Part shown: piece by piece, positions 10,284-23,400 of the stretch | Layout of the letters: each line of letters starts with the position of its first letter | How positions within the stretch are numbered: the stretch's first letter is position 1 | From: a virus | Taxonomy: Duplodnaviria; Heunggongvirae; Uroviricota; Caudoviricetes | IMG/VR virus record: IMGVR_UViG_3300015177_000009 | Span: 1-40,085 of that record | Length of the DNA: 40,085 bases | Direction: 5' to 3' (one strand) | Translations under genes and position numbers: made by a program | The notes under the pieces: generated by a model | The model's input: the letters and a program-made list of their open reading frames with translations, nothing else | What the model was told of the DNA's origin: nothing | Databases searched by the model: none

Positions 10284-10584
10284 AATCGCAGCGCCATTAG
10301 GTGGAGATGCCATTATCGAATTTGATGATAATGAAGAAGTTTCCGGGCGTTTAAGCATTATCTCCGGTGACATTACCGAGGACATGATCGCTGAAGCCAT
10401 AGCTGGGGCAAATCCCAATAGCTATATGGGATTCGTTAACACCCTTGATGCTCCCGCAAGTGATGTTCTCCGAACGCTGCATCTTTACGCTGGCTGGTTT
10501 GTTGATTGGCCAGCAGTAGATGGTGGCGATGAGGACGACGACGACGATGATTTTGGTGATCATGTAGACCAGATCGTATATTGA
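10273..10584 (+). CDS. Small protein with acidic tail (hxr position)
   Basis: 103-aa ORF overlapping the ddrB stop; C-terminus DGGDEDDDDDDFGD; followed by a terminator. Confidence 0.5.
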   Translation: MQIKIAAPLGGDAIIEFDDNEEVSGRLSIISGDITEDMIAEAIAGANPNSYMGFVNTLDAPASDVLRTLHLYAGWFVDWPAVDGGDEDDDDDDFGDHVDQIVY

Positions 10585-10587
10585 AGA

Positions 10588-10620
10588 AATCCCGCCAGTC
10601 GGCGGGATTTGTTGTTTATG
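10588..10620 (+). terminator. Intrinsic terminator ending the dar operon; also abuts the convergent kinase gene
   Basis: Perfect 9-bp stem AATCCCGCC / GGCGGGATT with loop AGTC, followed by TTGTTGTTT. Confidence 0.6.
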
Positions 10621-11920
10621 CCAGGCGGGCTATGCGTATCTTACAATCATCTAGGTGGATGCGTAGCGCTTCTAAACATGGAGTAAAGTTAGCTGAGAAT
10701 TTGTCGGACTCACAGGCCAATGCATAAAATTTTTCAGCCAATTCAAGAGATTCATCCCATATTTTTCGACTTACAAAGTCTGGTAGTGCTGTTTTTCTAA
10801 GCTCATTAGATATTGCTCCCCCAGAGCGTGGAGCAAAACCCATAGGTAACATGTCATAGGCTGGAGCAATATGATATGGGCGTCCGTGGCTACTAATAAA
10901 CGATAGGTTACCATTATGCATATCGGTATTGCCTATTAGCAAACCAAAAGACCATAGCCTTGTTGCTATAATAATCGCATCAGGATGGACGCACTTATTT
11001 TTTACCAACTCTTTAACCAGCAAGGGCCATGTTGCTCTTGCATTCCCAACAAATTCTGCATCAAGTGCACGAAGTGAGAATACACCTACCCGACCTAGTT
11101 GACCAACACGATCAAATCGGGGAATTTCCAAGAATCTCTGACCGTTATAATCAAAAACTTCTGTTTCTACCCCCAGAACTTTTAATGCGAGATGTTCAGC
11201 AAACAAGAGATCTCTCCAACGCTCACTTATAGGGGTGTCGTTAGGCGCAGAGAATTTCACTAATACATGTCCACGCTCTGTGAAAGTACAAAATTTGGGT
11301 TGTTCACCTCCAGCAGATGAACCGGGCACATCACCTTCACCAGCAGCTAAAGCTAATACAGGATATTCACTTTCACGATTAACAGGAACAGGAGGCTGCA
11401 TCTCTAAAAAATGCGTGCGTGCTTGCTCTCCAATTAACAAATTACCAACAACATCATGCCCATGCTTAAGTAAGGCTTTGATCACGTCAGTATCTGACCA
11501 TTGCTCTGGATTTGAGGGAAGGTTAAGTTCAAGAGCATATGCTGATGCATATGCTCTTCCAAGGAAGCCTTGTGGACGCATATCAAATAACCACCAAGGT
11601 AACCCATCGCTATGCCTGTTATTTTTCCCTTCCTCAACCATAACATAGCCTTCTGGCCTCACCGGAATGAGAGTACCAAGAACGCAAATACACCCCTCTT
11701 CAGTTATACGATAAATGGGGACTGATTCGAATCCTCTAAAAGAGTCTCGTAAAGCATATTGAATAGATCTTCCATTTCCGATCCTAACGATTTCATCACC
11801 AAGATCTCTTAATGCTCTAGATATCGTTGGTTGGCTAACACCTAGTCTTTCAACCAATTGTCTTGGTGTCATAGGACCTTGATTGAGCAAATTACGGATT
11901 GTTGTTGCATGTATAGCCAT
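10616..11920 (-). CDS. HipA-family Ser/Thr kinase with fused N-terminal HTH (YjjJ/HipH-like)
   Basis: N-terminal HTH (TPRQLVERLGVSQPTISRALRDLG); HipA-like motifs GEQPKF, IGNTDMHNGNLSF and APAYDM; likely start at MAIHATT (11920), listed ORF extends to 11980; GC about 42 percent, below backbone. Confidence 0.8.
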   Translation of the reverse strand: MAIHATTIRNLLNQGPMTPRQLVERLGVSQPTISRALRDLGDEIVRIGNGRSIQYALRDSFRGFESVPIYRITEEGCICVLGTLIPVRPEGYVMVEEGKNNRHSDGLPWWLFDMRPQGFLGRAYASAYALELNLPSNPEQWSDTDVIKALLKHGHDVVGNLLIGEQARTHFLEMQPPVPVNRESEYPVLALAAGEGDVPGSSAGGEQPKFCTFTERGHVLVKFSAPNDTPISERWRDLLFAEHLALKVLGVETEVFDYNGQRFLEIPRFDRVGQLGRVGVFSLRALDAEFVGNARATWPLLVKELVKNKCVHPDAIIIATRLWSFGLLIGNTDMHNGNLSFISSHGRPYHIAPAYDMLPMGFAPRSGGAISNELRKTALPDFVSRKIWDESLELAEKFYALACESDKFSANFTPCLEALRIHLDDCKIRIARLA

Positions 11921-12117
11921 AGTTTTAATTACTATTGTGAATAGATTAATGAATAGATTCATGAATGCGTACAATAGCAAGCAAAACGGGAGGTGTCACT
12001 AATTTAGGTAAGTTAAAAAGACTTCTTTAAAAGATGATGACTAGGCGCTTTAACTGCTAGCTGACATAACAATTGGCCATTTGACGTGGAGTTCCCCGCC
12101 AACTGACGGGGTTTTTA

Positions 12118-12912
12118 TTAGTCACTTTCTGTTTCTTCTGGAATGTTTTCTTGCGGTTCTGTTAATGCAGCACGACACAGGTTCCGGGCATTGGCTATAG
12201 CCACACTTTTGACTTCATCCGTCATCGTGCAGGTAATGTACTGATCGAGTTCTTCAGCACGGATGATGCTTTTGCCAATCAGAAACTGTATTTGCCAGAG
12301 CAGATCAGCATCCATAATCAGAATTTCTGCCGGGCCTTCAGGACCAGCCGGGAAGGAAACATAAGACTGTTTGCCCAGGCCGATAACTCGACAACTTGCT
12401 TCAAGAATTGCGCGATTGAGGTCTGACTTTATAACGGAAACAGGTTGATTTTCACCTGCGATTACGCCGTTGACATGGATGTGGAATGGCATGTAGCTTG
12501 AAATTCGCTCTACTTTCCATACGCCAGCAAGCGATCCTTCATGCAGCACAATGGGGGTAACCGCGAGTTTCATCTCACCATATAACTGCTGGCAGATAGC
12601 TGGATTGCTGAATACATCCAAAGGTTCACACTCAAACAGCGGCGCAATCTGTATGAGGTCCATCATGGTCATACCAGGGGTACGAGCAGTAATGAATCTG
12701 CGCATGCCAGTATCCATTGTGCGCCAGATAGCTACACCATGCTTTTTGCTCACTTCTTCAGTAAAGCCAAGGTGGCACATGATGGTTTTTTCGATAGCCA
12801 GATCAGAGATCGAAACCTTTTCGCCAGGTACACCATCATTATTGATGGTCACTTCTACACTCTGGCCATTACGCAGGCGGTATTGAATGGTTTTAGTATT
12901 TTGTGCTGTCAT
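12118..12912 (-). CDS. Hypothetical protein (isaA position in P1)
   Basis: 264-aa ORF, GC like backbone, upstream of the kinase gene and downstream of ssb; no motif recognised. Confidence 0.55.
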   Translation of the reverse strand: MTAQNTKTIQYRLRNGQSVEVTINNDGVPGEKVSISDLAIEKTIMCHLGFTEEVSKKHGVAIWRTMDTGMRRFITARTPGMTMMDLIQIAPLFECEPLDVFSNPAICQQLYGEMKLAVTPIVLHEGSLAGVWKVERISSYMPFHIHVNGVIAGENQPVSVIKSDLNRAILEASCRVIGLGKQSYVSFPAGPEGPAEILIMDADLLWQIQFLIGKSIIRAEELDQYITCTMTDEVKSVAIANARNLCRAALTEPQENIPEETESD

Positions 12913-13114
12913 AGTCTTTTCTCTGCTTAAAAACTGATGTATTGCGCCTTCAGGTTGGTTAGGAATGTTTTCCCACCAGCGAAAGCAATATCTCGGGGTG
13001 TTCTATTCGTTAAAAGCGCGTGCCATTGCCAACTTTGGCGTTTGTTTGCGAGTTCGTGCTTTTGTCGGCGTCTTGACCACCGCTTTTCTTTCAGTCGTTT
13101 TTTACTCATAAACT

Positions 13115-13603
13115 CTAAAACGGAATATCGTCGTCAAAGTCCATTGGAGGTTCGTTATTGGCGTTGCTCTGAGGTTTACCGCCACCACTGTATTGCTGGT
13201 GGTTTTGAGGTTGGTTCGATTGCCCCCAGCCATTTGAGGACTGTGAATCGTCACGGCGAGCGCCGATCATTTGCATGGTGCCGCCCTGGTTGACGATAAT
13301 TTCCGTCGTGTAACGTTCTACACCGGCGTCATCTGTCCACTTACGGGTTTTAAGTTTCCCTTCGATGTAGACCTGAGAACCTTTTCGTAAATACTCACTC
13401 GCAATTTCAGCAAGTTTCCCGAACAAAACGACTCTATGCCATTCTGTTTGCTCTTTCTGTTGGCCCGTTTGCTTGTCGCGCCATGATTCATTTGTTGCGA
13501 TGCTTAGTCTTCCGACCGCTCCGCCATTTGGTATATACCTGATCTCCGGGTCTTGCCCCAGGGTACCAATCAGGATGACTTTGTTTACACCGCGTTGTGC
13601 CAC
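13115..13603 (-). CDS. ssb: Single-stranded DNA-binding protein
   Basis: OB-fold N-terminus, Gly/Gln-rich linker and acidic C-terminal tip DFDDDIPF. Confidence 0.92.
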   Translation of the reverse strand: MAQRGVNKVILIGTLGQDPEIRYIPNGGAVGRLSIATNESWRDKQTGQQKEQTEWHRVVLFGKLAEIASEYLRKGSQVYIEGKLKTRKWTDDAGVERYTTEIIVNQGGTMQMIGARRDDSQSSNGWGQSNQPQNHQQYSGGGKPQSNANNEPPMDFDDDIPF

Positions 13604-13622
13604 TTATCTTACCTAATAAAAT

Positions 13623-13639
13623 AAAATGATTAGAGCAAT
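13623..13639 (-). promoter_or_regulatory. C1 repressor operator (ssb/lyz divergent region)
   Basis: AAAATGATTAGAGCAAT, matching the reverse complement of ATTGCTCTAATAAATTT at about 13 of 17 positions. Confidence 0.6.
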
Positions 13640-13771
13640 AATGTATATCTTTGAAACGTAGCTAACAAGTGATTTGCATTATCCTGTGCCTTCTAAAGGG
13701 ATCGAGTCAGTCGGTATTGGCTGTGAATGGGTGTTTGTCCTGGAGCGTAAAAATTCGCTTATGAGGTCTTT

Positions 13772-14329
13772 ATGAAGGGAAAAACAGCCGCAGGAGGCGG
13801 TGCAATTTGCGCTATCGCGGTGATGATTACCATCGTAATGGGTAATGGCAATGTGCGAACCAACCAGGCGGGGCTTGAGCTGATTGGTAACGCTGAAGGT
13901 TGCCGACGTGATCCATACATGTGCCCGGCGGGGGTATGGACTGACGGGATCGGTAATACACACGGGGTAACGCCGGGTGTGCGAAAAACAGACCAGCAAA
14001 TCGCCGCTGATTGGGAAAAGAATATCCTGATCGCTGAACGCTGTATTAATCAGCACTTCCGGGGCAAAGACATGCCCGATAATGCCTTCAGTGCAATGAC
14101 AAGCGCGGCATTCAATATGGGATGCAATAGCTTACGGACCTACTACAGCAAAGCGCGAGGCATGCGAGTAGAAACGTCCATCCACAAGTGGGCGCAGAAA
14201 GGGGAATGGGTGAATATGTGTAACCATCTCCCTGATTTCGTGAACAGTAACGGCGTGCCCCTGCGAGGTTTAAAGATTCGCCGTGAAAAAGAACGCCAGC
14301 TTTGCCTGACGGGACTGGTCAATGAATAA
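13772..14329 (+). CDS. lyz: SAR endolysin (T4-lysozyme family)
   Basis: 185 aa; N-terminal Gly/Ala-rich SAR segment GGGAICAIAVMITIVMG; E-x8-D-x5-T catalytic arrangement (NAEGCRRDPYMCPAGVWTDGIGNT). Confidence 0.9.
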   Translation: MKGKTAAGGGAICAIAVMITIVMGNGNVRTNQAGLELIGNAEGCRRDPYMCPAGVWTDGIGNTHGVTPGVRKTDQQIAADWEKNILIAERCINQHFRGKDMPDNAFSAMTSAAFNMGCNSLRTYYSKARGMRVETSIHKWAQKGEWVNMCNHLPDFVNSNGVPLRGLKIRREKERQLCLTGLVNE

Positions 14330-14587
14330 ACTCCGGCAGCTCCGCCGACTTTCGACAATGAAGTTATCGCTGGCGGCGATAGTTTTTGACTCGATTTTCA
14401 TGGCGGTATATGTGCTCAATGAGACGTGGCCACTGGAACCGCTATTGTATGCCGGGCTTCGGCTGTGCCTGACATTTTTGAGCATGGCTGCAAGATTGAT
14501 GCAGCAGAAAGAAACCGCTTCAGATTGTCCACGCCGCGCGGTGCGCAAATATATGGCACGCAGGCGAAGTCGATAATAGTTAACGAG

Positions 14588-14616
14588 AACCCCGGCACTC
14601 GCCGGGGTTATTTTTG
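14588..14616 (+). terminator. Intrinsic terminator between convergent lyz and pro
   Basis: Stem AACCCCGGC / GCCGGGGTT with loop ACTC, followed by ATTTTTGG. Confidence 0.6.
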
Positions 14617-14620
14617 GTGG

Positions 14621-17351
<2,731 letters not shown>

Positions 17352-17417
17352 TTAATTAGAATAATTTACATCGTGTTTGAACGGAATTTAACACTAGTCA
17401 CTTGTTAAGGATTACCA

Positions 17418-20400
17418 ATGATCAAGCTATCTATGGGGGTGTTTCGCTGTTCAAGTGTCAGCGAAATATTGAAATACATTAGTGCAATAACATCTCACCG
17501 AGCGCCGATTAGATACGGCGTGGAAAAGGTGGAAGGCAAAAGCTATGACCGACTACGCCGGGAGGCGAATCAGAAGGCGATAGATTTGCTTAATTCGCTG
17601 GTGGACGGCGCGACACTGACAGATGAACAGCGCCAGATCCTGGCTGGGTACACCGGTGAAGGCGGCATTGGCGGGTCCGTCTCCGAATATTACACACCAA
17701 AGCCGATCGCTGAAGGTGTCTGGGAGATCATGAAGCTCTACGGCGCGGACGTAGGTAACACTCTGGAACCATCGGCGGGAACCGGCGTTTTTAATGAGAC
17801 AAAACCGGTTGGTACGGTGATGACCGCGACTGAGATCAGCTGTGTTTCCGGTCGTATAAACCAGTTGTTACACCCGGAAGACAGCGTACAGATTTCCCCG
17901 TTCGAACAGCTGGCTATAAGCACGCCTAACGATTCATTCGACCATGTTGTGGGTAACGTTCCGTTCGGCGGTCGTGATAACACACGCAACATCGATAAGC
18001 CTTACGCAGAAGAAACGGACATGGGTTCTTACTTCATGCTCCGCATGCTGGACAAGATAAAGCCTGGCGGATTCATGTGTGTGATTGTGCCGCCGTCCAT
18101 TGTTTCAGGTTCAAACATGAAGCGGTTACGCCTGCGCCTATCACGGAAAGCTGAATTTCTTGGCGCTCACCGCTTGCCTACCGGTACTTTTGACGCAAAC
18201 GGGACCAGTACAGTCGTTGATGTGGTGCTGATGCGCAAACATCCGGCAGAGATGGCTGAGAAAATCCCCCTGGTGGATGAAGGCACTCTTGAATCGGCAA
18301 ATGTGCTTTGGCCAACGTTTATTTCTGGCAAGTGGTTTGAAAAGGATGGCCGCCGGTTTGTTCATGGCACCCAGGAAAAGGGCTTCCAGGGGCGTATTGA
18401 GGTTCGTGCCGACGGTCAGATTGATAACCAGGCTCTTAAAGCGAAGCTGATTCATCGTTTCGAAAGCCGTATCGACTGGTCTTTGCTCGATATGGCTGAA
18501 CCGTCACCGACCGCAGACGTTGTTGGTGAAGGGGAAATGCGCCTGATTAATGGTGTATGGCAAAAATATGCTGGTGGTCGCTGGATTGAAGCTGATGCCG
18601 GGAAGGAACTTAAGATCGATGCTGCCAGTTATGGCGCGGATAGCTGGGAGGCTCTTCAGCGTAACCTGACTACAACAGAAGGCCGTCTCGGCATGACATT
18701 TACCCAGATGGCAAATGTCCGCGATAAGTACACCACATCAATCAGCGACGATATGGTGCAGCTGGTGGACTGGATTAACAGCCAGCCTGAAAAATACCGT
18801 GAACGCTTGTATCGCGGGGCGATGATTGGCCGGATGTTAATTGAATATCAGGACATGAAGGCCGCCGGGCATAGTGCTGAACAAATCGAACAGCAGCGCC
18901 TTTCTCTGGTATCCCGTTTGCAGGCAGAGATTGACCGTTTTGGTAACCCCGGTCGCGGTCCGATAGCGAAATTATCGGGGAGCGGTGCGCGCGCCTGGTT
19001 TGCTTTCCGTGGTGCAATTAAGCTGGATGGCACTATTTCTGACGAGCTGACAGGAAAGCTGGTTACGCATGATTCCAGCGCAAGTTATGACTCCACCAGC
19101 TATCAGGACACCCTGCGTTATCTCTATAGCGATCTTACCCGCGATCCAATCCAGCTCGATGATTTCCGCCTTGCGTTTACCGGCGAACTGCCAGCCAGTG
19201 ATGAAGAGTTGCTTAATTTATTGGCCAGCACCCCTGGTATTGCGGTTTCACCGTATGGCGGGATTGTTCCGTTCGCCCGCGCCACCAGCGGCGACATTAA
19301 CGAGATAGTGGCTCCAAAACAGAAATTCCTTGCCACACTCCCCGACGGTCCAGTAAAGAACAACGTCCTTAATCAGCTGGCAGCGATCGAAGAGAAGCGC
19401 ATCAAGACGCCAGCAGAGAATATCCGCTTTAAGCTCAATAGCCGTTGGTTCGACCGCTCCGTCATTCTGGAGTTTTTGCAGGAAAACGGCTATCCGGATC
19501 TGCGCTATGTGCAGTCAGTGCAGCTGGAAGGCGACGAAATGGTTTCTGACACCTATCACGGTGGTGATGGTCTGTTCGTCGGGCACCGATACGGTGTCGT
19601 CCAGCGCAAGGATAAAGAAACAGGCGAGATCCGCTATGAGTGGGACCGTAAATCAGGTGAAAACGCGACCGGGTTCCCGGCACAGCTGGAAAAGTATCTC
19701 AATGGTGCGCGTATCGGTGGCAAAGATAGCGCGACGGCGAACGGCTACCGCGAGCAGATGGCACTGCTTGAGGACCAGTTCAATAAGTGGATCAAGACGC
19801 ACGATCGCTACGATGAGTTGGTTGCCAAATACAACGATGTGTTCAATAGCAATATCCCGTATGAACACTCTGGCGATCCGCTTGGGTTGAAGGGATTAAG
19901 CGGTAAGCGCCAGCCATTTGATTACCAGAATAGCGAGGTGCGCCGACTGTCCGAAGATGGGCGCGGCATCCTGGGCTTCGGCACCGGGCTGGGTAAAACC
20001 ACGACCGCGCTGGCGCTTGAGGCGTTCAACTATGAGAACGGCCGCTCCACCCGTACTGCGTATGTAGTGCCTAAATCAGTGCTGGAAAACTGGTATTACG
20101 AAGCAAAAGAATTCCTGAGTGAAGAGGCATTCAGTAACTACCTGTTCGTCGGTCTTGATGTGCTGATGGATGGCGATCAGATTCGCCAGGTGCCGGTGCT
20201 CGATGAGAACGGTAAACCTGTTCTTGGTACTGATGGCACTCCAGTTATGCGCGATGCCCTAAAACTGGCAGATGAAGCCACTATCACGGCGCGGATGAAC
20301 GCGATCCCGCACTCAAATTACCGTGCAGTCGTGTTTACCAAAGAACAATACGCCCGCATTCCGCTACGTGATGACACCGTAGATGAGCATGCACAGGATA

Positions 20401-23400
20401 TGCTTTATGACTTCGTTGCCGCCGGGCGCGTAGCCAGCGCAATGGACTCCGACTCCCACCGCAAAGAGGCCGCGCGTCGCCGGGTATTGTCGGAGTATTC
20501 AGATACCGGCACCGAAAAAGCAGAGAAGTATCCGTACTTTGAGGATATGGGCTTCGATAGTGTGATCGCTGACGAAGGCCACAACTACCGCAATAGCTAT
20601 AAAAATGGTCGCGAAGCGTCACAGCTGGCCTATCTGCCCACCAGCGCGGTAGCGCAATCGGCGCGGGATATGGCAATCAAAAACGCGTACCTGATGAAAA
20701 AGAATGGCGGGCGCGGACCGGTTCTCCTGACTGCAACGCCAGTCGTTAACACCCCGATCGATGCATACAACATGCTTTCTCATGTTCTGCCGAAGGAATA
20801 CTGGCAGAAGATGGGGATCTACGGTCCTGATGACTTCGTTAAATTCTTCGGCAAGACCAGGCTGGAAACGGTACAGAAAATCAGCGGTGAAGTTGAAGAA
20901 AAAATGGCGCTGGTGGGCTTTGAAAACCTTGATGCGCTGCGCGGTATATTCCATCGCTGGGTAACGCTTAAAACGGCGGAAGACGTTAAGGATACCGTGG
21001 AGATCCCGGAACTGGACGAGCACCAGCAGGATGCACCACTTACGGAAGAACAACTGGCGGCGTATGAAGAATTACGTCAGCAGGCGGAAGCGGCGGCCAA
21101 AGCCAACAATGGCGTAACGACCTCGGTCAATGAAGACGGCGTGATTGAGCACGAGAAGGCCCGTCCGATCTTCTCAATAATCAGGGATATGGACCGCGTA
21201 TGTACTGACATGGACCTGTACTATCGCCGGATCACCTATCGTTTCCTGCCGGAGTACGCCGATGCGGTGCAGCAGCTGGCGGACAGTTTGCCTAAACAAG
21301 CCACCAGCGAAGACGACGACAGTGATGATTCAATCACGCAGCAATCGCAATACTCCCTGATAGATAAGGGCGAGTTTATTCAGTTGCAGGTTCCGGAAGC
21401 GTTCGAGCAGGAAGTGAATAAGCGCCTGGCCAGGTTTGGCATTGACGAACAGACCGTAACTCACCCCGTTACACCCAAATACGCGAAGCTGATCGCCACG
21501 CTGAAGGAGTTTTTCCCGGAAGGTAAGCAAATCATCTTCACGGACGAAAAAACGCAGCACCAGAAGCTCAAGCGCATTATCTGCAATGCTCTTAACCTTG
21601 AACCTTCAAAGGTGGGGATCCTGAATGCTCAGACGGTTGCCGAGGCAGGTAAAACCGGTAAGAAACTGAAAGCGGTTAAACCGCCGAAAGAGTTACCGGA
21701 TGAACCAACAGATGCACAGATAGCGAAATACAACGAGCAAATGGCTCTGTATGACGCCTATATCGCGCAGCAAAATGAAATGTCGTTGGGCGGTCTGGAA
21801 AAGATTGCAGCAGACTTCCAGGAGGGCCGGACTCCGATCATCATCTGCAACAAAAAGGCAGAGGTGGGTATCAACCTGCATCGAGGAACGACTGACATCC
21901 ATCATCTGACGTTGCCATGGACACCAGCCAGTATCGCACAGCGTAACGGTCGCGGTGCCCGAGTTGGCTCCAACCGTGCAAGCGTTCGCGTTCATTACTA
22001 CTGCGGCAAGGGTTCTTTCGATGAATACCGACTGAAGACGCTGAAGCGTAAAGCAGGCTGGATCTCCGATATCCTCCGTTCAGATAAGTCAGAAATGGAG
22101 AACGCCGACGCCAACGATATGATCGAAATGCAGATGTATACCGCTAAGGATGATGGCGAACGTCTGGCAATGATGCAGGTTCAAATGGATAAGGCGAAAG
22201 CCGCGCAACGCGCTCGCCAGAAAGAACAGGCTACTATCGACCTTCAGAACTACATCAAGGCGCAGCACGCAGCTGGCGAGGATGTGGAGGTACTTACCGC
22301 TGAATTAGAGCGAAACAAAGCGGAACTTGAAAAGACCACCGCCGAGGTAGCTAAATTCAAACAGGCGGTAATGGCCAAAGCAGCTGATAACGCAGACTGG
22401 AAAGCCCGCTGGGGTAGCGTCCATCACACAGACCGTACGTTGTTAGCACAGTATCGCGCGTCGTTGAAAAGCGCCATTCAGCGCAAGGCTAATATCTCTC
22501 AGGCCATCTCCCGCTATGAGAAATTATTGAACCGTACTCAGAAGGCCGCGACGGATATCAAACGCCTGCGCCCGCTGGTGGAGGATGCAATAAATAAAGG
22601 CATTCTGGATGTTGATCCTGATCTGGTTAACCATGCGAATGAGTTCCTTGTTATCGGCGATCGCTCATGGCGTGTAGGCCAATACTACGATTGTGCCGGT
22701 GATATCGTTCGCATTAAGTCGCTGGACTTCGACAGCCAGCGCGCAGACGTGGAGATCATCTTTACCTTCAAAGGCACCAAATCGGGTAACTGGGATGTGA
22801 AGACGCTGGATAAACAGGTTGATGTAACTCCCGATGAAGATGCTGTTATGCAGAAAATCAGTGGCGGCGTCTCCATCGCCGGGATTAACGACATCATTTC
22901 CTGTGACGATTTCTACCGTTTCCAGCAGCGCGGCATGATCAAAATCACTGACTCATACGGCGTTCAGACTACAGAGTCAGGCTATAGCATTGATTTTGTT
23001 GGTACCTATACGGACCCACTGAAGCATGCGGTTTACCCGGATCGCCGTGACGGCGCGCTGAAGTCGTCAATTGCAAAATGGGTGCTTGGTATGATGTCGG
23101 AAGGGAATAACCGCCAGATCCGTTCGGCAGAAACATTCCTGGTTGAATTGTTTGGCTCCAATTATGGCGATGTAATCGCGTCATACGGAGATACGCTATC
23201 CCCTGAAGCAATTCAGGAGAAAATAGCGGATGCGATCGCCAGAATGCCGGAAAAAACAAGCCAGGGGGCTACTCGTAACGGGGATTCTGAACTTGAGGTC
23301 ACCAATGCTATTTTCGGTACCCATGAGTTCCGGGCGTCAGATTATGAGATCACCACAGCACAGTTTGGCACCATTGGCATTTACAGCAATAAAGCCGAGA

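Noticed and set aside
14322-14576. 84-aa + strand ORF overlapping the lyz stop
   Set aside because: No ribosome-binding site, Arg-rich low-complexity ends, and I do not recall a gene at this position in P1; could be a small membrane protein but support is insufficient.
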